From an uncultured Planctomycetales bacterium (GTDB taxonomy: Bacteria; Omnitrophota; Gorgyraeia; Zapsychrales; JBDRMG01), in the NCBI GenBank assembly GCA_964478715.1, contig CAYZIY010000010.1, positions 2,250 through 66,249 of the forward strand: a DNA stretch of 64,000 bases, read 5' to 3'. The notes under the pieces are model-generated. The model made no database searches and was not told the origin of the DNA. It was given only the letters and a program-made list of their open reading frames with translations. The position numbers and the translations under genes are program-made. This document shows, piece by piece, positions 18,188-28,800 of the stretch. Position 1 is the stretch's first letter; each line of letters opens with the position of its first letter.

Positions 18188-18574
18188 ATGAATACTAACG
18201 ATCATACTGATTTCAACTACAATTTAGATGCTGTCAGCGAAGAGCTCAAGATAAGACCAGAGATACTTAAAAAGCTGGTCATAAGCTTTTCCAAAACACT
18301 GTCGGAGAAAATTCAGGCTCTGGAAGAAGCTTTAAAGGCTGATGACGTCATCAAGATGCGCGCTCTTTTGCATGAAATCCGTGGGACTTCTGGAAATCTT
18401 AGACTGGAAAGTATTGCTACAACCGGGAGGATTATGCACGAGGCTGTCAAGTCAGAAAATCAGAAAGAGAAAATCCACGAATATTTTGATGCTCTTAAAG
18501 CCCAAACTCATGCTTTGGGATATTTTATAGCCAGAATGGAGAATCAGGAGAATGTGGAGAATCCTCATAGTTGA
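18188..18574 (+). CDS. Stand-alone Hpt phosphotransfer protein
   Basis: Helical protein with LHEIRGTSGNL. Confidence 0.85.
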   Translation: MNTNDHTDFNYNLDAVSEELKIRPEILKKLVISFSKTLSEKIQALEEALKADDVIKMRALLHEIRGTSGNLRLESIATTGRIMHEAVKSENQKEKIHEYFDALKAQTHALGYFIARMENQENVENPHS

Positions 18575-18941
18575 CGATAATCTGGAAAACCGCGAATTAC
18601 TTTCTGAAATTCTCAGAAATAACGCTTATTGTTTTCAGGCGGCAAACGGCGAAGAGGCGATCAAAAAATACAATGATTCTCTAAAAGACGAGCCGTATGA
18701 TTTGATTCTTCTGGATATCGTTATGCCGGATGTCGACGGTTTGCAGGCTCTGAGAACGATCCGTCAAAATGAAAGGAAGCAAGGTATCGAACTCGGAGAC
18801 GGCGTACCCATTATTATGGTCACAGCCCACAAAAAGCCTTTTTTGGATGCCTTTTATCAGGGCTGTACGGATTACATTATGAAGCCCATCGAGCCCGTCA
18901 AGTTGATCAACAAAATCAAAGAAAAAATAGGCCAGCCTTAA
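18552..18941 (+). CDS. Single-domain response regulator
   Basis: VDDN, LLDIVMP, MVTA, MKP; AGGAG SD. Confidence 0.9.
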   Translation: MWRILIVDDNLENRELLSEILRNNAYCFQAANGEEAIKKYNDSLKDEPYDLILLDIVMPDVDGLQALRTIRQNERKQGIELGDGVPIIMVTAHKKPFLDAFYQGCTDYIMKPIEPVKLINKIKEKIGQP

Positions 18942-18962
18942 ATTCTATTACTTCTTAGAAAT

Positions 18963-18991
18963 TTGCAAAGCTGAAGACGCTTTAGTATATT
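18963..18991 (+). promoter_or_regulatory. Sigma70-like promoter of gltA-pepA-fumC
   Basis: TTGCAA-17 nt-TATATT. Confidence 0.55.
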
Positions 18992-19030
18992 ACACGTAAA
19001 TTAATGATTTAATTTAGTGGAGAAAATTTT

Positions 19031-20374
19031 ATGAAAAAATATGCCGAATTAAAAATCAATAATAAAAAGTACAGAATGCCGATTGTCGCTGGCACAGAAA
19101 ACGAAAAAGCTATTGATATAACGAATTTAAGAAAAAACACAGGCTATATTACACTGGATCCCGGATTTGCCAATACGGGTTCCTGCAAGAGCGCGATCAC
19201 CTATATTAATGGAGAAAAGGGGATTTTGAGATATAGAGGCATTCCCATAGAACAGATTGCAGAGAAATCAACCTTCGTTTGCACGGCTTTCCTTTTAATT
19301 TACGGGCATTTTCCTATTAGAGCTGAGATCGAACAGTTTTCGCAGTCCTTCACACGCCATTCCATGATTCACGAGGATATGAAGAATTTCTTTAATGGCT
19401 ATCCATCCGGTGGTCATCCGATGGGTATCCTTTCGGCCATGGTCTGTTCTCTTTCGGCCTATTATCCCGAATTGATAAAACCGAACCCATCACTGGAGGA
19501 TATCAATACGATTGTTGTGGAATTGATGGCCAAGGTTCGCACGATTGCGGCATTTTCTTATAAGAAATCGATCGGGGAACCTTTTATCTATCCCCGACAT
19601 GATTTGCGCTATATTCATAATTTTCTTCACATGATGTTTTCTGCACCGGCCCGAGATTATGTTATTCGCGATGAAGTTGTCGATGCCTTGCAAACATTGC
19701 TTACCTTGCATGCTGATCACGAGCAGAACTGCAGTACTTCGACGGTTCGAATGGTAGGAAGCGCAAGAGCTAATTTGTTTGCATCAATTTCCGCAGGAAT
19801 ATGCGCCTTGTGGGGCCCCCTGCACGGCGGAGCCAATCAGAAGGTCATCGAAATGCTGGAAGCTATTCATAGAGACGGCGGCGATGTAAAGAAATACGTT
19901 CGCAAAGCAAAGGATAAAAAGGGTAATTATCGCCTTATGGGATTCGGTCACAGAGTTTATAAAAATTATGATCCTCGCGCGAAAATAATTAAGAAAAAAG
20001 CGGATATTCTTCTTAATAAATTGGGTATAAATGATCCTCTTTTAGAAATTGCGAAAAAACTTGAAGAAATTGCTTTGAAAGACAGCTATTTTGTCGAAAG
20101 AAAACTATTTCCCAATGTGGATTTTTACAGCGGCATCATCCTAAGAGAAATCGGTATTCCGGTCGATATGTTTCCGGTTATTTTTTCTATCGGTCGTCTA
20201 CCGGGATGGATAGCGCAATGGAAGGAAATGATCGAAAGCCCGGCCTCGCGCATCAGTCGTCCGCGCCAAATTTATGTCGGGTCCAAAAAAAATGATTATA
20301 TTCCCATCGAATTGAGAAAGGTGGGAAAATCAAAAACAAAGACATTTAAATTAAATCCTTTTACACCTATCTGA
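19031..20374 (+). CDS. gltA: Citrate synthase
   Basis: HADHEQNCSTS, WGPLHGGAN, GFGHRVYK, PNVDFYSG. Confidence 0.97.
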   Translation: MKKYAELKINNKKYRMPIVAGTENEKAIDITNLRKNTGYITLDPGFANTGSCKSAITYINGEKGILRYRGIPIEQIAEKSTFVCTAFLLIYGHFPIRAEIEQFSQSFTRHSMIHEDMKNFFNGYPSGGHPMGILSAMVCSLSAYYPELIKPNPSLEDINTIVVELMAKVRTIAAFSYKKSIGEPFIYPRHDLRYIHNFLHMMFSAPARDYVIRDEVVDALQTLLTLHADHEQNCSTSTVRMVGSARANLFASISAGICALWGPLHGGANQKVIEMLEAIHRDGGDVKKYVRKAKDKKGNYRLMGFGHRVYKNYDPRAKIIKKKADILLNKLGINDPLLEIAKKLEEIALKDSYFVERKLFPNVDFYSGIILREIGIPVDMFPVIFSIGRLPGWIAQWKEMIESPASRISRPRQIYVGSKKNDYIPIELRKVGKSKTKTFKLNPFTPI

Positions 20375-20376
20375 TC

Positions 20377-21810
20377 GTGATTTGTTTTAGAAAAATATTT
20401 TCATTTGATCAAGAAGCAGCCGTTGTTTTTGTTTCGGAGTTAGACGTAAAAAGGAATAAATTTAGCAGCATTCCCGGTATTCTACGCTCTCCCTTAAAAC
20501 GAATCATCAAAAAAGGATTCTTTTCCGCAAAGAAAGCAGAATCATTCCCTCTGGAAATAGAAGGGAAATGCGTCCTTTTTGTCGGTCTTGAAAAAGAGAT
20601 TGAAACGATAGACTTCCAAGTCAGCGCCAAAAAAGCATTCCTATCCCCTTATTTGAAATCCGCTAAAACCATAGAAGTGCTTGTAGATCAGAGTGACGAA
20701 GAAAGGATAAAAGCTCTCATAGACGCCATTTTAATCGGAACATATCGATGGGATCGATATAAGACAAGTAACTTTAAGAATATAATAAAAAAATATATCA
20801 TTATTGCAAAAAAATCAGTTGATTTTCAAAAACAGATTACGATTTGTCGAAATGTAAACTTGGCCCGCGATTTAATCAATGAAAACGCTGATATTAGGCA
20901 TTCTGGTTTTCTTGAAAAAACGATCAAAAAATTCATAAAAAGCAAAAAGAACGTCAGTGTAAAAATCTTAGACAGACGAGAGCTTAAGAAACAAGGATTG
21001 AATCTCATTTTGGCTGTTAATCAAGGCAGCGCCAATGAGCCTAAGCTTATCATCGTCAAGTATATAGGAGCACAATCAAAGTTGCCCTATACGGCTATAG
21101 TCGGGAAGGGAATCACATTTGACTCTGGTGGTCTGAATCTAAAACCAACCGGCTATATTGAAAACATGAAAGATGATATGAGCGCGGCGGCGGCTGTTAT
21201 TGGAATTATGCGCAGTATCATTGAACTTAAAATCCGAAAAAATATATTTTTTGTTTTTGGCATGGCTGAAAATGCAATCGGGTCACGTTCCTATAAGCCC
21301 GGAGACACAATCAAAAGTTATGACGGTAAGACGGTTTACATTGCTAATACGGATGCAGAAGGAAGGCTAGTTCTCGCGGACGCCATAGCCTATTTGCGAA
21401 AAAACTATAAACCAAAAGAAATCATTGATTTAGCCACCTTAACTGGCGCTTGCGTGGTTGCACTGGGTCATGATTTTTCTGGCCTGATGACAAACAATGA
21501 AAGGCTTGGAAATAATTTACTTGCATCCGCTCGAAAAACAGGTGATTGGGCTTGGAAACTACCGAATTATCCTCAATTGGGCGATCATTTGAAATCTCCG
21601 GTTGCCGATTTAAAAAACACCGGACTTCCTAAAGGAGTAGCCGGAGCCTTAAGCGCCGGCGAGTTCTTGAGGCAATTTGTTGGTGGTACGCCTTGGGCCC
21701 ACCTTGATATTGCCGGAACCGCTTTTGTCGAAGGTTCGGATCGTTTTTATTTCGGACATGGAGCGACGGGAGCCGGTATACGGTTAATGACGGATTATTT
21801 ATCGGGATAA
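20377..21810 (+). CDS. pepA: Leucyl aminopeptidase (M17)
   Basis: [39 protein letters not shown]. Confidence 0.95.
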   Translation: MICFRKIFSFDQEAAVVFVSELDVKRNKFSSIPGILRSPLKRIIKKGFFSAKKAESFPLEIEGKCVLFVGLEKEIETIDFQVSAKKAFLSPYLKSAKTIEVLVDQSDEERIKALIDAILIGTYRWDRYKTSNFKNIIKKYIIIAKKSVDFQKQITICRNVNLARDLINENADIRHSGFLEKTIKKFIKSKKNVSVKILDRRELKKQGLNLILAVNQGSANEPKLIIVKYIGAQSKLPYTAIVGKGITFDSGGLNLKPTGYIENMKDDMSAAAAVIGIMRSIIELKIRKNIFFVFGMAENAIGSRSYKPGDTIKSYDGKTVYIANTDAEGRLVLADAIAYLRKNYKPKEIIDLATLTGACVVALGHDFSGLMTNNERLGNNLLASARKTGDWAWKLPNYPQLGDHLKSPVADLKNTGLPKGVAGALSAGEFLRQFVGGTPWAHLDIAGTAFVEGSDRFYFGHGATGAGIRLMTDYLSG

Positions 21811-21815
21811 AAAGG

Positions 21816-23222
21816 ATGAAGAAAAAGAAGGCTGGATTCCGGATAGAGAAAGATATTTTGGGATCTGTGTGCGTACCGCAACAGAGCTATTTCGGGGCGC
21901 AAACAATGCGCTCTTTGCAGAATTTTCCAATAGGTAGCGAGACTTTTCCGTTTGTTTTTATTAAAGCCCTTGCGATAATCAAGAAAGCAGCCGCCTTTAC
22001 TAACCATCAATTGAAGCTTCTTCCATCCCGTAAATCAAGAGTGATTATCAAAGCCTGTGATGAAATCATAAAAGGAAAGCACAACGATCAATTTCCACTG
22101 TTCATTTGGCAGACAGGTAGCGGAACTCAAACCCATATGAACATGAATGAGGTCATCGCTAATCGCGCGATCGAATTACTTCACGGAAAGAAGGGAAGCA
22201 AAAAACCTGTTCATCCCAATGATGATGTCAATTGCGGCCAATCGTCAAATGACGTTTTTCCTACCGCCATGCATATAGCCGCTGTGGAGATGCTTACCAG
22301 AGAGTTGCTTCCGGCAGTACAGATTCTTATTAAAGAAATAGAAAAAAAGTCATGTCAATATAGATCCGTCATTAAGACAGGACGTACGCATTTGATGGAT
22401 GCGGTTCCAATCTCTGTTAAGCAGGAATTTTCGGGTTATATTTTCCAGCTCAAACGGGATCAGCATCGCATCCAGCAGTGTCTAAAGGATCTCTATCCTT
22501 TGGCTCTGGGCGCTACAGCCGTCGGGACAGGTCTTAATACCCACGAAAAATTTTCTCGTAAAACTATTGCTGTGATAACGAAAATTACCAAATACCCCTT
22601 TAGGGGTGTAAGAAATAAGTTCGCAGCCGTTGCCTCGCATGATGCTTTGCTTCAGGTGAGCTCCGCATGCAAAATTTTGGCCGCTGATTTAACCAAGATT
22701 GCCAATGATATTCGCTGGTCAGCCAGCGGACCGCGATGCGGATTGGGAGAATATATTTTGCAGGCAAATGAGCCTGGAAGTTCCATTATGCCGGGAAAAG
22801 TCAACCCAACGCAAGCCGAAGCTTTGTTAATGGTATGCGCGCAAGTGGCGGGAAATGATACGGTCGTTCACATAGCCGGATCTCAAGGAAATTTTGAGCT
22901 TAATGTATATAAACCTGTTATTGTATACAACATCCTGCAATCGGTTCGTTTGCTATCTGATGCGACACGAAGTTTTGCTCTTCGATGTATCAGAGGATTA
23001 ATTATCGATAAGCAAAGAATTGAGAAAAACCTAAAACGTTCATTGATGTTGGCAACCGCTCTAAGTCCCAAGATTGGATATGATAAATCGGCTCAGGTTG
23101 CTCAGAAGGCTTATCGGGAAAAAACAACCTTGCGCCAGGCCTGCCTCGAACTAGGTTATCTTTCTGCCAGTGAATTTGATCGGCTGATTCGACCCCGAAA
23201 TATGATTAAACCGAATCTATGA
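21816..23222 (+). CDS. fumC: Class II fumarate hydratase
   Basis: [32 protein letters not shown]. Confidence 0.97.
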   Translation: MKKKKAGFRIEKDILGSVCVPQQSYFGAQTMRSLQNFPIGSETFPFVFIKALAIIKKAAAFTNHQLKLLPSRKSRVIIKACDEIIKGKHNDQFPLFIWQTGSGTQTHMNMNEVIANRAIELLHGKKGSKKPVHPNDDVNCGQSSNDVFPTAMHIAAVEMLTRELLPAVQILIKEIEKKSCQYRSVIKTGRTHLMDAVPISVKQEFSGYIFQLKRDQHRIQQCLKDLYPLALGATAVGTGLNTHEKFSRKTIAVITKITKYPFRGVRNKFAAVASHDALLQVSSACKILAADLTKIANDIRWSASGPRCGLGEYILQANEPGSSIMPGKVNPTQAEALLMVCAQVAGNDTVVHIAGSQGNFELNVYKPVIVYNILQSVRLLSDATRSFALRCIRGLIIDKQRIEKNLKRSLMLATALSPKIGYDKSAQVAQKAYREKTTLRQACLELGYLSASEFDRLIRPRNMIKPNL

Positions 23223-23281
23223 AAGACACGATTAAGATCTTGACGATTCGATAAAATATAGTATTGTGAAGTTAAGTTCAT

Positions 23282-23626
23282 ATGCCTAAGAGAGCAAGAA
23301 TAGAAAGAAGAAAGCATCCTCGAGTCAAAAGGGTTTTGTGTATTCATCATAGGATGCACAGGCCGCATACCAGATTTGCAGAAGACAGCTGGCACTGGCA
23401 TCTTTCTGATACGGATAATATGAGCGCCGGAGGACTTTTGTTCCATTCGGACGTTCAATATAAAATCGGAGATATTATTGAATTAAAGATTGTTGTCTCC
23501 GGAGTGCTGGATATTTACGACGGATTAGCCGAGGTTTTGAGAATCGAAAACAGTAAAAAGCCAAAAATATTTCCTACCGCCGTTAAATTTCTTAAAACAG
23601 GTAAAAGTAACAGAAAGAAAAAATAG
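23282..23626 (+). CDS. PilZ-domain c-di-GMP receptor
   Basis: ERRKHPR (RxxxR) and NMSAGG (D/NxSxxG). Confidence 0.85.
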   Translation: MPKRARIERRKHPRVKRVLCIHHRMHRPHTRFAEDSWHWHLSDTDNMSAGGLLFHSDVQYKIGDIIELKIVVSGVLDIYDGLAEVLRIENSKKPKIFPTAVKFLKTGKSNRKKK

Positions 23627-23631
23627 AAAAG

Positions 23632-25008
23632 TTAATGACCTTCCTTGAATTCTGCCACGAGTCGTGAAATGGACTTTTTTGCGTCTCCAAAAATCATTCG
23701 CGTGTTAGCATAAGAAAATAGTTCATTAGGGATACCGGCAAATCCGGTGGCCATTGATCGTTTCAAAACAAAAACGGTTTTGGCCTTATCCACATTGATT
23801 ATTGGCATCCCGCGTATAGGGCTTGAGGTATCTTTTCTCGCAGCAGGGTTAACCACATCATTGGCCCCGATTACAATAGCCACATCAATAGTATTCATTA
23901 CCGGATTAATAGTATCCATTTCTTTGAGTTGATCATAGGGAATATTGGCTTCAGCCAAAAGAACATTCATATGACCGGGCATACGTCCTGCGACCGGATG
24001 AATCGCATAGCTGACATCGGTTCCATTTTTTTCCAAAATATCGGCCAATTCTTTAACCACATGTTGCGCCTGGGCTACGGCAAGACCGTAGCCGGGCACA
24101 AAAACAACACTGCGAGCCGCTTCAAGAATGAAATAAGCATCTCCGACATTAATCGGCTTAACTTCCCCTTGATAAGAAGATCCCTTTTTCAGGATTGAAG
24201 AACCAAAACCGCTAAATAGAACATTAGCCAAAGAACGGTTCATCGCTTTGCACATGATATTGGTGAGGATCAGACCACTGGCCCCGACAAGAGAACCGGT
24301 GACAATCAGCATTTTATTCATAATGACGAATCCGGTTGCGCAAGCCGCCATACCAGAATAGCTGTTAAGAAGCGAAATAACAACAGGCATATCAGCCCCA
24401 CCGATCGGGATAACACTCAAGATGCCGAAAGTCAAACTCATAACAATAATGGCCAAGAAATAAAAGTAATGTTCCGATGGATTCTGGCAAAAAATAATGC
24501 CGAAGACAATAACAGCGAGCAAAAGAAAACCATTGATGATTTGCTGGCCTTTAAAAAGCAGCGGCTTGGAATTCATCACTCCCTGAAGCTTGGCCCAGGC
24601 AATGACACTTCCGGTAAATGTAATTCCACCAATAAGAACCGAAAGAAGAATCGGTACACTTACAAAAGGACTAATCGAAAAGTTTATTTGATAGGTGGCC
24701 CAGGCAACAAGCAGACTCGCTAGACCTCCAAATCCATTTAAAAGGGCTACCATTTGCGGGATACTGGTCATCGGAATACGGTAAGCGGCAAAAGATCCGA
24801 TCAAGCTTCCCATAATGATTCCCGCAGCGATCCACTGAAAATGCAGACCCCGCGAGAATAGAGTCGCCACAACAGCTAGAAGCATCCCGATGGCAGAAAC
24901 AAGATTTCCTTTGCGGGCCGTTTGAGGGGAGCTCAGCATCTTTAAGCCCAAAGCAAAGAAAACAGTGGCAATAATATAGACGAAGAGTTTAATGATTTCC
25001 GATGTCAT
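23632..25008 (-). CDS. pntB: NAD(P) transhydrogenase beta subunit
   Basis: IGGADMPVVISLLNSYSG, VPGYG, HPVAGRMPGHMNVLLAEA, GANDVVNPAA. Confidence 0.97.
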   Translation of the reverse strand: MTSEIIKLFVYIIATVFFALGLKMLSSPQTARKGNLVSAIGMLLAVVATLFSRGLHFQWIAAGIIMGSLIGSFAAYRIPMTSIPQMVALLNGFGGLASLLVAWATYQINFSISPFVSVPILLSVLIGGITFTGSVIAWAKLQGVMNSKPLLFKGQQIINGFLLLAVIVFGIIFCQNPSEHYFYFLAIIVMSLTFGILSVIPIGGADMPVVISLLNSYSGMAACATGFVIMNKMLIVTGSLVGASGLILTNIMCKAMNRSLANVLFSGFGSSILKKGSSYQGEVKPINVGDAYFILEAARSVVFVPGYGLAVAQAQHVVKELADILEKNGTDVSYAIHPVAGRMPGHMNVLLAEANIPYDQLKEMDTINPVMNTIDVAIVIGANDVVNPAARKDTSSPIRGMPIINVDKAKTVFVLKRSMATGFAGIPNELFSYANTRMIFGDAKKSISRLVAEFKEGH

Positions 25009-25310
25009 TATTTTTTGTCTTGAGATCTTTTTTTAAAAAATCCCAGCATGCGATGCGTTACAAGGTATCCGCCTGCAACATTGATCGTTGCAAAAACAAC
25101 AGCCAGTGTTCCAAAAACCGTAGCCAAGACACTGTCCTGAGCTGTGCCTGAAGCGATCAAAGCCCCGACAATCGTTATGCCGGAAATGGCATTACTGCCC
25201 GACATAAGCGGTGTATGCAAAGTAGAAGGGACCTTAGAGATTAACTCAAATCCTAAGGAAATAGCGATGATAAAAAGGAATAATGTATCGGCGAAAGTAA
25301 ATATATCCAT
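25008..25310 (-). CDS. pntAB: NAD(P) transhydrogenase alpha subunit part 2
   Basis: VPSTLHTPLMSGSNAISG, GGYLVT.RML. Confidence 0.95.
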   Translation of the reverse strand: MDIFTFADTLFLFIIAISLGFELISKVPSTLHTPLMSGSNAISGITIVGALIASGTAQDSVLATVFGTLAVVFATINVAGGYLVTHRMLGFFKKRSQDKK

Positions 25311-25315
25311 ATGAT

Positions 25316-26452
25316 TTACCCATTAATGGCCTGCTCAACTTTTTCATTAATAATGCTTCCTTTATGCGAAATCAGGCAGCCTTTTAGAATTTCGTTTTCT
25401 GTATCTAAGTTGATGGTTTGTTTCTCTTGATCCCAAAGTTCCTCAAGAAGGCTGACGATATTATTCGAAATCATTTGACTGGCAACCAGACTGACCCGGT
25501 TGGGCAAATTGCGTAATCCTATAATCTTAACCTGATTGTGCGCGATTTCTCGGTCGGCTTGAGAAAGCTCCACATTTCCTCCTCCTTCAACTGCCATATC
25601 AACGATAACGCTCATAGGCTTCATGGCTTCAATCATTTCCTTGGTGATCAATAGGGGTGCTTTCTTTCCAAACACTTGGGCCGTTGTGATAACCACATCA
25701 GAGTTAGAACATATCTTCTTCATAGCTTCCCGTTGCTTTTGAATTTGTTGATCGCATAAGTCCTTGGCGTAACCCTCTTTTGTTTGACCGGTTTCTCCAA
25801 GATCAATTTTCACAAACCGGGCCCCGAGAGACTTGACCTGTTCTTCGACTTCGCTGCGGGTATCAAAGGCCTCCACAACAGCTCCCAACCTTTTTGCTGT
25901 GGCGATAGCCTGCAATCCGGCAACTCCGGCTCCGACAATAAAAACCCGGGAAGGAGCAATCGTTCCGGATGGAGTTGTCATCATCGGGAAAATCTTTGCA
26001 AGGCGTTCCGCGGCCAGAATCACGGCAACATAACCGGATAAGCTAGCCTGGGAGCTGAGAACATCCATTTTCTGGGCATAGGTGGTTCGCGGTATCATTT
26101 CCAAGCTAATCGAGGAGATCTCATTTTGGGTCAAAACATGAAGAAGTTGTCTTTCCTTAAAAGGATCCAAAAAGCTAATATGGATACATCCCCTTTTTAG
26201 GAGAGACGCTTCCTGAAGGTCCGGCTTATTGATCCGGACAATCATATCGCAACCAGAAATTAATTTTTCTCGATCAGGTTCTATTTTACACCCAACTTTT
26301 AGAAATTCTTTATCAGAAATCCCTAAATGGAGGCCAAGGTCTTTTTCGATAACCAAACGCATGCCTGAATCAATAAGCTTAGAACAGGACGCGGGTACTA
26401 GGCAAATACGTTTTTCTTTTTGAGTATTTTCCTTGATAATACCAATAAACAT
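25316..26452 (-). CDS. pntAA: NAD(P) transhydrogenase alpha subunit part 1
   Basis: PRTTYAQKMDVLSSQ, GAGVAGLQAI, DMAVEGGGN; start moved to ATG 26452. Confidence 0.95.
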   Translation of the reverse strand: MFIGIIKENTQKEKRICLVPASCSKLIDSGMRLVIEKDLGLHLGISDKEFLKVGCKIEPDREKLISGCDMIVRINKPDLQEASLLKRGCIHISFLDPFKERQLLHVLTQNEISSISLEMIPRTTYAQKMDVLSSQASLSGYVAVILAAERLAKIFPMMTTPSGTIAPSRVFIVGAGVAGLQAIATAKRLGAVVEAFDTRSEVEEQVKSLGARFVKIDLGETGQTKEGYAKDLCDQQIQKQREAMKKICSNSDVVITTAQVFGKKAPLLITKEMIEAMKPMSVIVDMAVEGGGNVELSQADREIAHNQVKIIGLRNLPNRVSLVASQMISNNIVSLLEELWDQEKQTINLDTENEILKGCLISHKGSIINEKVEQAING

Positions 26453-26573
26453 AAAAATATTATAAAGGAAATAGATGTACAACGCTAATTTTTTCAGTCA
26501 TTTCATTTTTGTTTTACAAAACACTTATTCATAGATATACTACTAAAAACAGAGAATAAGTAAGGAGGATAGA

Positions 26574-26678
26574 ATGGAAGTACGTGCACTTATCGGAGCA
26601 TTTCTTATTATCGGCGCTTTGACATATTGGATTATCAGAAAAAAAGGTTGCTGCAATAAAGAATCTGATCAGAAATAA
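26574..26678 (+). CDS. 34-aa single-TM protein with KKGCC motif (below ORF-track cutoff)
   Basis: TAAGGAGG SD; MEVRALIGAFLIIGALTYWIIRKKGCCNKESDQK*. Confidence 0.7.
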   Translation: MEVRALIGAFLIIGALTYWIIRKKGCCNKESDQK

Positions 26679-26686
26679 GTAATCCG

Positions 26687-27250
26687 ATGTCTTTTCTTAA
26701 TCTGACGAAACAGCGATATAGCTGTCGGCAGTATCAATCATTACCGGTTGAGCGAGAAAAAATCCTGCGATGTCTAGAGGCAGCCCGCTGGGCTCCATCG
26801 GCCTGTAATTCCCAACCTTGGCATTTTATTATTGTTGACGAGCGGCTCACTAGAGATTTTTTGGCCGAGCAGGCATTCGGGGGGATCTATAGAATCAATG
26901 CCTTTGCAAAGCAGGCTCCTGTTTTGATTGCAGCTGTGCGTCAGAATTCAAAATACCTTGCTGAACTTGCCGGCAGAATGAGGGGTGTCCGGTACAGTCT
27001 GATCGATGTGGGGATAGCCTGCGAACATTTTGTCCTTCAAGCGCAGGAAGAAGGATTGGGAACTTGCTGGATCGGTTGGTTTGACGCTAAAAAAGTAAAA
27101 AAAGTTCTGAAACTTCCCTGGCATTCTAAAGTGGATATCATTATCAGCGTGGGTTATCCGCGGACTAATCAAAAAGTCGAGAAAAAGAGAAGAGCTCGTA
27201 GTGAAATCATTACTTTTTTTAATGAAAATCAAGGAGAATCATCACAATGA
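26687..27250 (+). CDS. Nitroreductase-family protein
   Basis: [29 protein letters not shown]. Confidence 0.92.
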   Translation: MSFLNLTKQRYSCRQYQSLPVEREKILRCLEAARWAPSACNSQPWHFIIVDERLTRDFLAEQAFGGIYRINAFAKQAPVLIAAVRQNSKYLAELAGRMRGVRYSLIDVGIACEHFVLQAQEEGLGTCWIGWFDAKKVKKVLKLPWHSKVDIIISVGYPRTNQKVEKKRRARSEIITFFNENQGESSQ

Positions 27251-27456
27251 ACTGCCCTAATAAAAAAAGAAATATGGAATATTGCAATTGCAGCTATCCC
27301 GGATGTGAAAAGAAAGGGATTTGTTGCGAGTGTCTTCATTATCATCGAAAAAAAGGTGCCATGCCGGCCTGCTTTTTTCCTCCTGAAGCCGAAAAAACCT
27401 ACGATCGATCAATAGAAAATTTTATCCGGGTTTATCAGCAATCTAAGAGTCGATAA
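27247..27456 (+). CDS. Small Cys-rich protein (DUF6485-like)
   Basis: [19 protein letters not shown]...PACFF..E.TYDRS; AGGAG SD and ATGA overlap. Confidence 0.8.
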   Translation: MNCPNKKRNMEYCNCSYPGCEKKGICCECLHYHRKKGAMPACFFPPEAEKTYDRSIENFIRVYQQSKSR

Positions 27457-27472
27457 TTTTAGAGCGCGTGTC

Positions 27473-27501
27473 TTGACACTGCCATTAAAGAAGGATAAAC
27501 T
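27473..27501 (+). promoter_or_regulatory. Sigma70 promoter of the rseC-rnf operon
   Basis: TTGACA-17 nt-TAAACT; the ORF-track TTG start is this -35 box. Confidence 0.7.
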
Positions 27502-27526
27502 AAACCATTCTTCTATTGGAGAATAT

Positions 27527-27928
27527 ATGCGCCATAAGGGAATCATCAAAGATATCGATAGGGATACTGTTGTAGTCAAAGCAGAAGAAATTGAGGCTTG
27601 CCATCAATGCAGGGCCAAGCAGCTTTGTCAACTGGAGAATAGAAATGAAGTTCGCTTGACTGCGCCAAGCGCCGCCAAGAAGTATCATGTAGGTGATGAA
27701 GTCGATATAATAATCAAAGAAACCCTGGGTATTTTGGCTGTGATTTTAGCCTACGCTGTTCCCTTTATTTTGCTGATCACAATCATCGTTACGGCGGTCA
27801 CCCTTACCGATAATGAGATTTTTTCCGGAATTGCGGGTTTGACGGCGGTGGGCCTGTATTATTTTTGCCTCTCATTATTTAAAAACCATTTAGCTCAAAA
27901 TTTTCCGATGACTATAGAAAAAAGATGA
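27527..27928 (+). CDS. rseC: RseC/MucC-family protein
   Basis: H.G.I, ACHQCRAKQLC, VGDEV, AY.VP and two TM helices; GGAG SD before ATG 27527. Confidence 0.85.
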   Translation: MRHKGIIKDIDRDTVVVKAEEIEACHQCRAKQLCQLENRNEVRLTAPSAAKKYHVGDEVDIIIKETLGILAVILAYAVPFILLITIIVTAVTLTDNEIFSGIAGLTAVGLYYFCLSLFKNHLAQNFPMTIEKR

Positions 27929-28800
27929 ATATGATCATTATCTATACTGTTGCGTTTTTAAGCCTCCTTGGCATATTAGCTGCTATCATATTGTACATAA
28001 CGGCTAATAAATTTCATGTCGAAGAGGATCCTCGCGTCGGAAAGATTGTGCAGGTTTTACCGGGTGTCAATTGCGGTGCTTGCGGTTATCCGGGGTGCCA
28101 TCATTTTGCCGAGGCCTTGATTCAAGCGGAAGATCTTGAAAAATTAAATTGTCCGGTAGGAGGGCGAGAATGCATGAAAAAAGTGGCGGAGATTTTAGGC
28201 AAAGAGGTCAGCGTAAAAGATCCCATGATTGCGGTTGTGCGGTGTAACGGAAATCCACAGAGTCGTGTCCGACATAATAAATACGATGGTGTAGAAAATT
28301 GTGTGATCGTCCATAGTTATTATATAGGAGAATCGATGTGCCCTTATGGCTGCTTGGGGCTGGGAGATTGTGTAAGGATCTGTCCCTTTGATGCCATTCA
28401 TATGGAGCAAGAAACAGGCCTGCCAGTAGTGGATGAGGAGAAATGCACAGCCTGCGGGAAATGCGTTGGGGCATGCCCCCGTAATATTATTGAACTACGC
28501 AAAAAGGGCGCTAGAGGCCGTCGCCTTTATATTTGTTGTATCAATCAGGAAAAGGGAGCTGAAGCAAAAAAGTCCTGCACTGTCGCCTGCATCGGATGCG
28601 GAAAATGCGTTAAAGAATGCCCTTTTGAGGCTATCACCTTAAAAGATAATTTAGCTTATATTGATTACAATAAATGCCGCTTGTGCCGTAAGTGTGTGAT
28701 TGTCTGTCCAACGCATGCGATTCACGAAACACATTTTCCTCCCAGAAAACCCCAAGCAGATAATGAAACCAATAATCAGGAAGCTGGCAAAGAAAAATGA
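27925..28800 (+). CDS. rnfB: Rnf complex subunit B
   Basis: EDPR, LPG.NCGACGYPGC, CPVGG, multiple CxxCxxCxxxCP motifs. Confidence 0.95.
   Translation: MNMIIIYTVAFLSLLGILAAIILYITANKFHVEEDPRVGKIVQVLPGVNCGACGYPGCHHFAEALIQAEDLEKLNCPVGGRECMKKVAEILGKEVSVKDPMIAVVRCNGNPQSRVRHNKYDGVENCVIVHSYYIGESMCPYGCLGLGDCVRICPFDAIHMEQETGLPVVDEEKCTACGKCVGACPRNIIELRKKGARGRRLYICCINQEKGAEAKKSCTVACIGCGKCVKECPFEAITLKDNLAYIDYNKCRLCRKCVIVCPTHAIHETHFPPRKPQADNETNNQEAGKEK

Noticed and set aside
14186-18941. Calling the signalling cluster a chemotaxis operon
   Set aside because: No CheW, MCP, CheR or CheB, and the kinase has a class I HisKA rather than CheA P3-P5.
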